Both the position numbers and the translations under genes were made by a program. The notes beneath the pieces are model-generated. The model searched no databases and was not told the DNA's origin. It worked only from the letters and a program-made list of their open reading frames with translations. Shown here piece after piece: positions 13,201 to 20,135 of a stretch of DNA of 64,000 nt. This DNA is from Candidatus Bathyarchaeota archaeon (lineage in GTDB: Archaea > Thermoproteota > Bathyarchaeia > Bathyarchaeales > Bathycorpusculaceae), in the NCBI GenBank assembly GCA_963707955.1, contig OY970176.1, positions 1,056,001 to 1,120,000 of the forward strand. Reading direction: 5' to 3'. Numbering within the stretch: the stretch's first letter is position 1; every line of letters begins with the position of its first letter.

Positions 13201-16200
13201 TTCCCAGAGAAGTCTGTTCCGACACCAGACTGGGCGAAAGTGACGAAGTACTGAGTCTTGTACGTGCTGGTCACTGTGGCTGAACTAGACACTGTGTAGG
13301 GCGAAGAAGCATTCACGCTGACAAGCATGTACTGCTTCACGTTTGCACTCACGACGAGAGGCGACTGATAAACAAAAGTGTGAGACGAGCCAGCATCCCA
13401 CCAGAACACAGCAGAGGAAACGTTGCCAAGGTCATAGTTCACCCCCTCAACAGTGAGAAGAGTACCAGTAAAATCACCGTTGGCGCCCTTCTGACCGAAG
13501 GTGACCTGATACTGAGTCACGTAGTTTCCAGTTACCGTCACTGGACTTGTCACGTTTATGGGTGAAGTTGGCCCGGTTACGTTGTCAAGTCTGAACTGCT
13601 TGCCAGAAACGTTGCTTGATACGGTCGCTCCGTAGCTGTAGGCCACCGAGTCGCTGCTGTTAACCCACATCGAGAACGGCAAGCTACCATAGGCCTCAGT
13701 TGAACCATTAACGGTTACGATGGTTCCGGTGGCCGTTCCATCTAGGCCAGTCTCTCCGAAGGTGACGTTATACTGGGTCACGTAGTTCGCTGTTACCGTC
13801 TTGGCTTCATCCATCAGAACCGTCGTAGACAACGAGCTTGGATCAGCAATCTCGATCATGTTGCTCGTTGTCCACCCGCTGAAGCTGTAACGCGAAGAAC
13901 CAGACAATATATCAACGTATTGATCTGTTGATATTGAAGCCAAAGAACTCGCGTTATACCAACCCTGTCCAGTCGGACTGTTCACGCCAGACGGAGACGT
14001 ATCAACTGTCAGATACCACTGCTCAGTCCAGTCAAACTCAATCGTATGATTAGTCACAACACTGCCAAAAGACACAGAGCCCCCAACAGGCAGAACGACA
14101 CCATCAACAGTCAAACCAGTCAAGTTCCACTGCTGAGCGCCAAGAACAACCACGTCCGGATTAGTCACTGAAACAATGAAGCTACTGCTAGCATTAACCC
14201 ACTGAGAAGACTCAGTAGGACTACCATGAAGACTAGTAACAGAAATGTACCACTGCTCAGTCCAGTCAAACTCAACAGAATGAGCACTGGCTACACCAGT
14301 AAAGCTTACAGAGTTATTCAACGTCGCAGGCAAACCGTCAATCACGAGGCCAGTCAGGTTCCATTGATGAGTCGAATCAACCACCTCTGGAGCCGTCACT
14401 GAAACAGTAAAGTTGCTGCCAGCATCAACCCAACCTGAAGAAGCCGTGGGACCACCATGAGCACTCGTAACAGTGACGTACCACTGAATCTTGTAGCTGC
14501 CAGTAACAGTCTCAGCACCCGAAACAGTCAACGGTGAGGTCTCATTGGCACCTGTCAAAGCGTACTGCTTGACGTTCGCAGCGACAATCAGAGGAGAGTC
14601 AAAGTTGAAGGGTATGCTCGCTCCACTATCATACCAGTCTGAATAACCAGCACGGTCATAGCCAGTTCCATTAACCACCATAACGTTTCCGCTGAAGTCT
14701 GAGCCAACACCTGTCTGAGCAAAAGACACGTAATACTGAATCTTGTAGGTGCCCATAATTGTCACAGAGCCTGTGACCGTCAGCGGTGAAGTCGCGTTCA
14801 CACTGTCAACTATGAACCTTACGCCAGAAACAGTGCTTGAAACGTTGGCATAACCGAAGACGAGAGAGCCACTGCTGTTAACCCACAGGCTGTAAGGCAA
14901 GCTCGAGTGAGTTATCGCCGAACCGTTAACAGTCACAACGGTCCCACTTGCTGTCCCGTCAAGGCCAGACTCAGCAAAGGTAACGTACCATTGAGTCTTG
15001 TAGGTGCCCATAATCGTCTGAGCGTCAGTCACCGTTAGGGGCGAGGAAGCACTCAGGCCAGAAAGCATGAACTGTTTGTTAACCGCGTTGCTTCCAACTA
15101 TGCTCTCGTAGTTGAACACCAGCACGTCGCTGTCGTTGACCCACAGGCTATACGGCAGATCCAAAGCCCCTTTTGCGGTAGAGTTCACCGTCACGACGGT
15201 TCCGGTCGCAGAACCGTCGAGGCCGCTCTGGGTGAATGTCATGTACCATTGGGTCTTGTAGACGCCAGTTGTCGTTTCACTGGCTGAAACAGTGAACGGT
15301 GAAGTTGCATTAGCTTCTGTTAAGACGTACTGTTTAACGTTCACAGTGACAACTAGGGGAGAGCTGAAGCTAAAGTTGTAGATGTCACCAGAATCAGCCC
15401 AGAAACTAATTCCAGTCCTGTCATACCCTGTGCCGTTAACTGTCACCACAGTCCCAGAAAAGTCAACGTCTACACCCGATTGAGCGAAAGTGACATAGTA
15501 TTGAGTCTTGTAGCTGCCAGTAACAGTCTCAGCACCTGAAACAGTCAACGGTGAAGACTCATTAGCAGTTAGAAACACGTACTGCTTCCCAGAATCCACT
15601 GACAACGGAGAAGCATAACTGAAAACATAATTGTCTCCACTGTCAGTCCAAAAGGAAATGCCGCTCCTACCATAACCCGTCCCGTTGACTGTTACAACGG
15701 TACCAGAGAAGTCAGTGCCAACACTGGACTGAGCAAGAGTCACGTAGTACTGAGTCTTGTAAGTGGCTGAAGATGTCCCTGACGCCAGTATAGGCGAACT
15801 GAGACCAGAAACTCCAGTCAGAACAAACTGCTTACCTGCACCGCCTGAGACTGTAGCTGTCCAAGAGAATGAGGTCCCATTGTCAACCCAAATGTTGCTG
15901 ATATTGAAGTCAGTGAAGACATAGTTAGTTGCTCCAACACTAAGAACCGTGTTAGAACCAGCATCACTGTCCAACCCAGACTCAGTGAAAGACACCAAGT
16001 ACTGAGTACCATAAGTGGCTGCGTCAGTCCCTGGAGCCGTTATAGGTGAAACAAGACCTGCATTGTCTCCAATGAAATTGAACCGCTCACCTGTAACCCC
16101 TGCGACAGTAGAGGCCCAGCTGAATGTGGTTCCATTATCAACCCAAACGCCAGTGGGCAAAGCATCATAAGCATAGTCTGATCCTCCCAACGTAAGAACA

Positions 16201-17684
16201 GTGTTGCTACCAGCATCGCTGCTTATCCCAGTCTGTTGGAATGACACTTGATACTGATGCGTCCAAGAAGCAGTCTCATTGACCGCGCTGTTCATAGTCA
16301 CCTCAGCCGGGTTAAGCAAGGTAGTGTTGCCGTCAGAACCCGTTCCAGTCCAGCCGTTCCAGACGTACTGCTCACCACCTCCAGCAGAAGGAGCGGTAGC
16401 AGAAATCGTCACCACTGAACCATTATCATACCAGTTGTCTCCAACGCTTGGTGAGGTCGTTCCAAAGTCTGTGGACATAGTTAACTTGTACTGAATCACG
16501 TAGTTTGCCGTAACAGTCTTGGCTCCATCCATTAGAACCGTCGTTGACGGCGAGCTTGCGTCTGTGATATTCGGATCGCCTGTCCAGCCTCTGAAGTCGT
16601 AACGCGAAGAACCCGCCACAATGTCAACGTCCTGAGGCGTTGATATCGTGGCCAAAGATCCTGAGTCGTACCAGCCTTCTCCACTTGGAGAGTTAACTCC
16701 AAGAGGGCTCGTTTCAACAGTAAGGTAGTAGCCTCCATAAACCGTGAATTCTTCCTGATACCAAGATACCGAGTTTTGATCTGCGAAGAGGTAGCAGGAT
16801 ACGTTGTCGTCGGCAATGAAGATTTGCGGGCAGGCTTCGGAATTCGTCAGGATAGGCGAATTTGGACACTCAGCGTAACCGCTTGTTACACTGGTTGAAA
16901 CGAACGCGCCTACCTCCCATGGCCCAGTGTCTGACGGTAGGGCTTCACAGAGAAGCCAATAGTGCCCGTCGCGGTACATGACCGTCGGAAATGACATGTG
17001 ACGCAACGGTGATGACGTCGGACATGACATTACAAGAGTATCATTTTCATGGGCTAGGTCTGTGATTGAACTGGAGTTTCTCGCATAAATCGTCCAGGTT
17101 TCGCCGGTGTTGTTTCCGTCTGCCCAGAACAGATACCAATTGCTGTCGTTAGGGTTTAACCAGACGAACGGGTTAGTCCACGGGTCATCGGGACTTGTTA
17201 AAAGTGTTTCTTGATAAGTGAAGTTTATTCCATCAGTACTCGTCCAGCGTTCAACGTCCTTGTTGGTTATGTTGTTCAGGAACATCTCGAAAACGCCGCC
17301 TGTGTAGACAACGGAAGGCGTGCGAAAGCTGCCGTTTGTTGAAGCCAAAACTGGATTAAGAGAGTATGGTGTCCAAATTCCTGTTATGCTGTCTGAATAG
17401 TAGAGGCTAATGTTGTTGCCTTCGCTGTCAGAATCGTACGCCAAATAGGTCCTGTTTGACCCGTCTATCGTTAAGTTGCACTGCACGATGTTGGTCGTAT
17501 GCGCAACGTCGAAGCCATGTTGATCTGTAGGGTTCCCAGAAATCGGATTAGATGACCCTGACATATTGTACCACCTGAGCGGCGGGTCCTGTGCCATCGT
17601 TCCCAAGCAGAAGCTCGCAAGCAGGAGCAACGCGCAAGATACGAATATGAAGGAAACAATTCGAGAAGATTTCCACCGTTTCAT
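1254..17684 (-). CDS. Giant secreted repeat protein (~5,476 aa), putative glycosylated adhesin or matrix protein
   Basis: Likely start is ATG 17684, giving the signal peptide MKRWKSSRIVSFIFVSCALLLLASFCLGTMAQ. It is followed by an N-terminal beta-propeller, ~4,880 aa of 75-90-aa beta-rich repeats and six C-terminal VVRG...W.GW lectin-like blades. N-x-S/T sequons are abundant. There is no C-terminal TM segment. Confidence 0.9.
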   Translation of the reverse strand: MKRWKSSRIVSFIFVSCALLLLASFCLGTMAQDPPLRWYNMSGSSNPISGNPTDQHGFDVAHTTNIVQCNLTIDGSNRTYLAYDSDSEGNNISLYYSDSITGIWTPYSLNPVLASTNGSFRTPSVVYTGGVFEMFLNNITNKDVERWTSTDGINFTYQETLLTSPDDPWTNPFVWLNPNDSNWYLFWADGNNTGETWTIYARNSSSITDLAHENDTLVMSCPTSSPLRHMSFPTVMYRDGHYWLLCEALPSDTGPWEVGAFVSTSVTSGYAECPNSPILTNSEACPQIFIADDNVSCYLFADQNSVSWYQEEFTVYGGYYLTVETSPLGVNSPSGEGWYDSGSLATISTPQDVDIVAGSSRYDFRGWTGDPNITDASSPSTTVLMDGAKTVTANYVIQYKLTMSTDFGTTSPSVGDNWYDNGSVVTISATAPSAGGGEQYVWNGWTGTGSDGNTTLLNPAEVTMNSAVNETASWTHQYQVSFQQTGISSDAGSNTVLTLGGSDYAYDALPTGVWVDNGTTFSWASTVAGVTGERFNFIGDNAGLVSPITAPGTDAATYGTQYLVSFTESGLDSDAGSNTVLSVGATNYVFTDFNISNIWVDNGTSFSWTATVSGGAGKQFVLTGVSGLSSPILASGTSSATYKTQYYVTLAQSSVGTDFSGTVVTVNGTGYGRSGISFWTDSGDNYVFSYASPLSVDSGKQYVFLTANESSPLTVSGAETVTGSYKTQYYVTFAQSGVDVDFSGTVVTVNGTGYDRTGISFWADSGDIYNFSFSSPLVVTVNVKQYVLTEANATSPFTVSASETTTGVYKTQWYMTFTQSGLDGSATGTVVTVNSTAKGALDLPYSLWVNDSDVLVFNYESIVGSNAVNKQFMLSGLSASSPLTVTDAQTIMGTYKTQWYVTFAESGLDGTASGTVVTVNGSAITHSSLPYSLWVNSSGSLVFGYANVSSTVSGVRFIVDSVNATSPLTVTGSVTIMGTYKIQYYVSFAQTGVGSDFSGNVMVVNGTGYDRAGYSDWYDSGASIPFNFDSPLIVAANVKQYALTGANETSPLTVSGAETVTGSYKIQWYVTVTSAHGGPTASSGWVDAGSNFTVSVTAPEVVDSTHQWNLTGLVIDGLPATLNNSVSFTGVASAHSVEFDWTEQWYISVTSLHGSPTESSQWVNASSSFIVSVTNPDVVVLGAQQWNLTGLTVDGVVLPVGGSVSFGSVVTNHTIEFDWTEQWYLTVDTSPSGVNSPTGQGWYNASSLASISTDQYVDILSGSSRYSFSGWTTSNMIEIADPSSLSTTVLMDEAKTVTANYVTQYNVTFGETGLDGTATGTIVTVNGSTEAYGSLPFSMWVNSSDSVAYSYGATVSSNVSGKQFRLDNVTGPTSPINVTSPVTVTGNYVTQYQVTFGQKGANGDFTGTLLTVEGVNYDLGNVSSAVFWWDAGSSHTFVYQSPLVVSANVKQYMLVSVNASSPYTVSSSATVTSTYKTQYFVTFAQSGVGTDFSGNVMAVNGTSHDRNGTSFWADSGDLYNFAYSNPLSVNAGKQYALTSVNVSSPLTVSAATTVTGSYKTQWYMSFAQSGLDGSATGTVVTVNGTTLPFGSLPYSVWVNDSDVLAFNYESIVASSTANKQFILAGVNASSPLTVTGAQTVTGAYTVQYYVTFAESGLDGTAAGTVVTVNGSAITYSSLPHSLWVNSSDSLVFNYANVSSTVSGTRFIVDSVNATSPLTVAGPLMVMGNYLTQYYISFNVSGVDSDFSGNVMTVGATGYDRSGHADWYDNGSSITFAYLSPLDVNSGKRYVYISQNATSPLTASMAETVTGTYKTQYYVIFSQSGVGSDFSGDVMLVDSVNYSRAGNSGWYDNQSSVTFSFYSPLVVNSSERYVFVSMNETSPLTVSSAETVTGTYKTQWYISVTSLHGSPTESSQWVDDGSSFNVSVINPDVVVPSAHQWNLTGLIVDGTPQTLANSVSFGSVTANHTIEFDWTENFYITVNANGHGSPTEVSTWVAAGSNFTVSVTNPDVVVAFEHQWNLTALTVDSVPQTLNNTVGFASVNASHTIVFSWTEQWYLTVDTNPSSVNSPTGAGWYDTGVTAHVSTDQYVDVVPGSSRYRFNSWAGASGTFADATVTMDSAKTATANYIEQYYVTFAQSGVGVDFVGAVMNVSSVNYTRSGYSNWFDSGTIVSFNYYSPLVVNATNQYVWGSTSGLSTLQSDSITITASGSVVGNYGLQNAITFNQFGLTSDFTGTVLLVDGTPYNVTDLPVSFLWSINSVHTFAYQSPLVVGANSKQYVWTGTTGLSSLQGDSINVTTFGSITGTYKTQYYVTFAQSGVGVDFLGSVMNVDLTDYGRSGHSGWYDSAANITFFFYSPEVVTADEKQYVVTDVNASSPLTVSAAQTVTGTYKTQYWIVFAESGVGSDFSGSVMNVNGTDYGRSGLSGWYDSGASLPFSYYSPLNVNSGERYVLLTVNETSPPTVSRAETVTGSYNTQYYLTVVTSPSNVDSPSGQGWYNASTFASISTSQLANETSSSRYNFTGWTTGNMTEIASPSSLSTTVLMDEAKTVTANYLTQYNVTFIQSGVNSDFNGTVMTVNGTGYDRNGVAFWAYAGDVYNFNYSTPLLVSANQKQYVFVSANASSPYTVSGSATVTGTFKTQWYITFAQSGVGSDFTGTVMTVNGTDHDRNGTSFWADSGDVYNFSYASPLNVTLNVKQYAWIYTGGLSGVQSGFISVSSSGSIIGHYATQYNVTFAQSGLDGTATGTVVTVNGSAITHSSLPYSLWVNSSDSLIFGYANVSSTVSGMRFIVDSVNASSPLTVTGPVTVMGNYLTQYYITFAVSGVGSDFSGNVMTVGATGYDRNGNSDWYDNGSSITFAYLSPLNVNSGKRYVYVSQNATSSLTVSMAETVTGTYKTQWYVTVTSAHGSPTEASQWVDDGSSFNVSVTNPDVVVPSANQWNLTGLIVGGVPQALANSVFFGSVTTNRTIEFDWTQQWYISVTSAHGSPTEASQWVNDGAAFSVSVTNPDVVVPSAQQWNLTGLTVDTVPQTLNNTVSYASVHAAHTIEFDWTEQWYVTFNKSGVGSDFTGTVVTVDSVDYGVAGLPVSFWWDNGSGHSFSFASPLVVDVNKQYSWSSTSGLSSFQSGSLTVTASGSVVGNYIVQNQVTFDQLGASSDFNGTVLIVDGTSYNVTDLPVSFSWSIYSVHTFAYQSPLAVGVNSEQYVWTGTTGLSSLEGGSINVTTFGSITATYKTQYYVTFAQSGVGSDFSGDVMNVGGVNYTRVGHSGWYDNQSSVTFSFYSPLVVNSSERYVFVSMNETSPLTVSTSETVTGTFKTQWYITVTSAHGSPTASSGWVDAGSNFTVSVTNPDVVVAFEHQWNLTGLKVDGVPQALANSVSFVGVAINHTVEFDWTEQWYVSVTSAHGNPSESSQWVDDGAAFSVSVTNPDVVSPGAHQWNLTGLAVDSVPQTLSNTVSYASVHASHTIVFSWTEQWYITVTSAHDTPTASGWVDNGSGFAASVSSPADVVAGDHQWVCTGYSIDGGASTPGTGYTFTSVQANHTILFGWSEQFWIAVTSAHDSPTASAWVDSSGSFNTSVTSPTEVVSGDHQWVCTGYKLDNGSLTVGTSYNFTSVASAHSIEFDWKEQFYLTVTSAYDTAGGAGWYDNGSTAYATLTDGTVPGSVGTQYVFTSWGADASGTNYAQSNAITMNGPKTATATWTTQYLVTYSATGNVLPVTVPSDEWVNSSGSAVGVFPSQVTVGGTRCNFVSDNRTVITSPSLIVGTYQTQYFVTFAQSGLDGTASGTVVTVNGSAIIYSGLPYSLWVNSSDSLVFIYANVSSTASREQFRLDNVTGPTSPINVTSPVTVTGNYVTQYQITFGQTGANVDFTSTLLTVDGVNYGLGNISSAVFWWDAGSSHTFVYQSPLVVTANVKQYLLVIANASSSYTVSGSATVTGTYVTQWYISITSAHGSPTEASQWVNDSAAFSVSVINPDVVVVFEHQWNLTALTVDTVPQTLNNTVSYANVNASHTIVFSWTEQWYITVTSAHDTPTASGWVDNGSSFAASVSSPADVVAGDHRWVCTGYSIDGGASAPGTGYTFTSVQANHTILFGWSEQFWIEVDSAHDSPTSSGWVDSGGNFTASVTSPADIVVNVTQWVCTGYIVDNGSLTAGTSYNFTSVASAHTIEFDWKEQFYVTFNKSGVGSDFTGTVVTVDSVDYGVAGLPVSFWWDNGSGHSFSFASPLVVNANKTYSWSSTSGLSSLQSGTLPVTASGSVVGSYIVQNSITFDQVGVSSDFNGTVLIVDGNSYNVTQLPVSFTWNIGSNHTFAYQSPLVVGANSEQYVWTGTTGLSSSQSGTITVTTFGSITGNYKTQYYVTFAQSGVGTDFSGSVMNVGGTDYNRSGYSNWYDNGANITFFYYSPLVVTADEKRYVVTDVNASSALTVSAAQTVTGTYETQYYVTFAQSGVGVDFSGTVMTVNGVDYGSGGVSFWADSGNVSTFNYASPLLVSADVKQYVLTGVSGNSTDTTLTVAGAVTVTGSYKTQYFVTFAQSGVGSDFGGTVVSVNGTDHDRFGISFWANSSDVYDFTFNSPLVVTVDIKQYVFTGVNESSPFTVSGAETVTGRYYTQYYLTVVTSPSNVDSPSGQGWYNASTFASISTSQFANETGSSRYNFTSWTTGNMSEITSPSSLSTTVMMDSGKTVTANYVTQFNVTINESGVGSDFTGTVVTIDSSDYDFTSLPASFWWDNASLHIFVYQTPLLVAANVKQYVFVMVNASSSFYTVNGSATITGTYKTQWYIAVTSAQDTPTPSAWVDNGTDFSANVTSPTETVPDISQWVCTGYSVDGGSSTPGTSYVFSTVVVNHTIIFGWQEQFWIVFNQSGVSSDYSANLMTINGTGYDRSGTSFWANSGDVYNFGFSSPLLVTANVKQYIFVGANESSPFTVSGAETVTGTYETQYYVTFAQSGVGSDFSGTVVTVNGTGYDRLGTSFWANSGDVYNFTYASSLVVTADVERYAWTSTGGLSGIQNGSITILGSGSVTGNYVTEYYVTFTVTGLDITATGTVVTVNGSAITYSGLPDSLWVNSSDLATYAYESMVSSSVSGEQFRLDSVIGPASPITVTAAAIVTGNYVTQYQVSFAVSPSGGGSTIPTGFNVWEDAGSLPISATGNPSYVFLQWSSDTGSIAFVNSITASTTATIGGPGTITADFGNTSLVVRGDNNLLYYRYFSSSVWGGWNVVPSGTTGDSPATTICSGAQYFIVRGMDGYSLWFSWINQSDGSFSGWTWISGSTPSPPTLTANGTALALMVRGSDNAIYYRIYDTLTQTWNDWVALPGGTTCDTPAVAMLGNTLHIVVRGFSTVDAYMNNTLWYSTLNLTDDAFSGWTLLLGSTPSTPTLAVSATSDTLYVVVRGDDNSIYMDMYNDSGWQGWTVLASGSTPNAPAATVTGTTLNVVVIGMDGNSMWQSSLNLVTNEFSGWTWISGSTPSIPKLTS
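2101..16733 (-). repeat. Array of shuffled internal repeat modules in the giant gene (at least three module types)
   Basis: Module types: InlB-B-repeat-like YLTVxTSP..GxGWY..RYxFxGWT..MDxAKTVTANY; YYVTFAQSGVGSDFSGTVxTVNGTGY..SPL..TVTGTYKTQ; WYITVTSAHGSPT..WV..HQWNLTGL..HTIEFDWTEQ. DNA copies are near-identical, e.g. 5002-5150 vs 8365-8513 (149 bp, 1 mismatch). Confidence 0.9.
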
Positions 17685-17822
17685 TCCAATCACTCTTAAA
17701 ACCAAACTTATTCTGTAATCTTCATATTTAACAATAGCGAGAGCTAACAAATGATCTGCTGATGTTAAGTTGATATATGACTTCATCGGCTCTTCGCGTA
17801 TGCAAGTCGCAAGTTCAATACT

Positions 17823-18863
17823 TCAAGAAATCACGTTCTCAACTTCTTTTTTTACCACTTTCCAATCATAATTCTCAGCTATCTTCCTGTTGATATTATT
17901 CCATTCAGGATGCCTCGATACATTTACGATGTGGTCAGCGATTTCTTCTGGAGTGGGATCGCTTGACAAAAGTTGAGGTTTAGGAATGAATTCAGGTATT
18001 CCGCCAACGTTACACGCTACTACAGGAGTTCCGCACGATATGGATTCTAAAAGAACCACTCCCCAAGCTTCCATTCTGGATGGTAGACAGAAAACAGTCG
18101 AGCGTTGATACAGGCGTATTTTATCCGTAATAGATAGATTTCCACACCATTCAACCCTATTCTTGTACGGTTCGCTCAGTTTATGACACCAAATCCAATA
18201 CTGCCAATTGTCTTGATACTCAATCGGTATGGAGGGATCCTCCCTGTCCACGTTTTCATGTAACCTGGGTCCGCCTCCAACTATCAGCTTCCAGTCTTGT
18301 AAATACTTCATGGCTTCTATAAGCAGGTGAAGCCTCTTTCGTCTGCTCGTGAATGCTAAGTAGGAAATCAAGTTGTTCTCTTTCAATCTAGAATTCGGTC
18401 TGTAGATTGACGTGTCAACACCGTTGTGCACGATTTTTACGCTTTTTTCGTAGAACGGCAACATCCGCGTGATTTCTCTTCTGCTGTAATCGGACACGCA
18501 TAAAGGCTGATCGCAAAACTTCAAGGCTGTAAGGACTTTCCACCCGAACAGACTAAGAATCTTTTCCACGTCTGTGTAATGAAGCCGAGAAATGATTTTC
18601 GCTCCAGAACTTTTGTAGAGTCTTCTGAAATTCCTGTTAACGCTCGCATAATAACGCATGAGATATAGCATTAAGGCTTGAACGCCCTCTTCTTCGTCGC
18701 ACCAGATCAAGTCAAACTCGTTTGCCAACGCTTCAAGCGAATACCGCAACGTACTCGTGCCAAGCTTGCACTGCTTTGCACCAAGCGGCTTGAAAACATA
18801 ATCGTACATATCCTGTGCAAAGCCGTAGCCTCTACCGCCATGGAACAGAATCCTCATCTTCAT
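17823..18863 (-). CDS. Glycosyltransferase family 4
   Basis: VHNGVD, RRKRLHLLIEA, EAWGVVLLESISCGTPVVACNVGGIPE. Confidence 0.88.
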   Translation of the reverse strand: MKMRILFHGGRGYGFAQDMYDYVFKPLGAKQCKLGTSTLRYSLEALANEFDLIWCDEEEGVQALMLYLMRYYASVNRNFRRLYKSSGAKIISRLHYTDVEKILSLFGWKVLTALKFCDQPLCVSDYSRREITRMLPFYEKSVKIVHNGVDTSIYRPNSRLKENNLISYLAFTSRRKRLHLLIEAMKYLQDWKLIVGGGPRLHENVDREDPSIPIEYQDNWQYWIWCHKLSEPYKNRVEWCGNLSITDKIRLYQRSTVFCLPSRMEAWGVVLLESISCGTPVVACNVGGIPEFIPKPQLLSSDPTPEEIADHIVNVSRHPEWNNINRKIAENYDWKVVKKEVENVIS

Positions 18864-18944
18864 TGCCCTGAACCACCAGATGCCTAATTAGCGTGTGCTC
18901 TTTTTACGGATTCCGAAAGAGTTCTTTGAGCGCGCGATGCTAAT

Positions 18945-20105
18945 TCAGTGAGATCGAAGCACCTGCGTGAGCAGTCTTTCAAATACGTCAACCCGCTTTT
19001 CCCAAGAGTTATCTTGTGCAAACCTAATTCTTCTTGCAACCAAGGCTTCATATTCAGGCTTCTTCCGTTCGTCCACAGCCTCTTCTACTTTCCTTATGAA
19101 ATCTTCATCATCTTTTGCAATGTAAACCAGTTCAGAGACGTTGTTGCACACCTCCGGGAGTGAGGTCGAAACGACGGGTTTCCCAGTGGCCAAATACTCA
19201 TACAGCTTTATCGGATTTGAAGCTGATGTTAATCTGTTTATCTTGAAAGGAATCAGGCATACATCTACGCAGGATAGGTAACTTGGAAGAGACTCATACT
19301 TCCTTGCTCCAAGCATTATTATGTTTGGATACTTTTGCAGCTCTTCCAGACCAAAAGCCACTGGACCAATGAGCAGGATGGAGTATTCCGGGTGTGATTG
19401 AGCTAGTTTGCATACCAACTCAACATTTATCCAATCTCTAACAATACCTACGAACCCTACTATTGGATGTTTGAGGGAACTTATTTCCTGAGGCTTGTCG
19501 ACCAACCACGTGGCTCTGTGAAAGTGGTCAAAATCAACTCCATTAGGAACGTAGAAGCAATGACTGTTGATCTTCGAAATTCTCTTACAAAGCACCTTGG
19601 ACACTGCAGTTACGACGGAAGAATCCGCAACTAGATTCTCCTCGGTTCTCAGAGCTTTTGACACGTTGACTCCCGAAAAAAAAGCTGAAAAGTCGTCAGG
19701 GCAATCGTAAACGATTTTTACGTTCATCGAATTCAGACTCGGCAAAAGGAAAGCGTATGAAAAAGAATAGAAAATGGCAACTTCTGGCTTGAAATTGAAA
19801 TATTTGAGACGCGACCGAAGGACCATTGAAGCATATTTTTCTTTGAGAAACTTGAGTCTTCCAGAGAATTCGGGAAGGAATAGGTTTATGACCGATAGAT
19901 TATCCGTGACTTTCTTTCTCAGAAAAACATCCTTTCTTCTGTAGCTCGCTATCAAAGACCGTGGAATCAGATAAATCGGATCCTGAACGTACAAGATGTT
20001 GATGCCACCTCTTTCTGCGAGCCGTGAAGGTATCTGCTGCGGTCTCGACCATAGAAATCCCCAAGGAACACAGGAAAGATAAAGCACGTTCAACAATATC
20101 ACCAT
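18945..20105 (-). CDS. Glycosyltransferase, GT4/TuaH-like
   Basis: WSRPQQI, VYDCPDD, VPNGVD, NPIKLYEYLATGKPVVS. Confidence 0.88.
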   Translation of the reverse strand: MVILLNVLYLSCVPWGFLWSRPQQIPSRLAERGGINILYVQDPIYLIPRSLIASYRRKDVFLRKKVTDNLSVINLFLPEFSGRLKFLKEKYASMVLRSRLKYFNFKPEVAIFYSFSYAFLLPSLNSMNVKIVYDCPDDFSAFFSGVNVSKALRTEENLVADSSVVTAVSKVLCKRISKINSHCFYVPNGVDFDHFHRATWLVDKPQEISSLKHPIVGFVGIVRDWINVELVCKLAQSHPEYSILLIGPVAFGLEELQKYPNIIMLGARKYESLPSYLSCVDVCLIPFKINRLTSASNPIKLYEYLATGKPVVSTSLPEVCNNVSELVYIAKDDEDFIRKVEEAVDERKKPEYEALVARRIRFAQDNSWEKRVDVFERLLTQVLRSH

Positions 20106-20135
20106 TCCTGCTTCCAGTCACTTTTCTCGCGCGCG

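Noticed and set aside
4944-13565. Repeated plus-strand ORFs inside the giant gene (e.g. 4944-5771, 7002-7457, 8391-9122)
   Set aside because: Antisense shadows caused by the biased codon usage of the repeats. They show no protein-like features.
2101-16733. CRISPR-like periodic repeats
   Set aside because: The repeats are coding modules of ~240 bp, with no constant repeat/unique spacer structure and no cas genes.
17685-17786. N-terminal 34 aa of the 5510-aa ORF call (similar extensions on smc, memo, eno, rpoD, rpa and pepE)
   Set aside because: Downstream starts fit the signal peptide, family N-termini and SD/TATA placement better.
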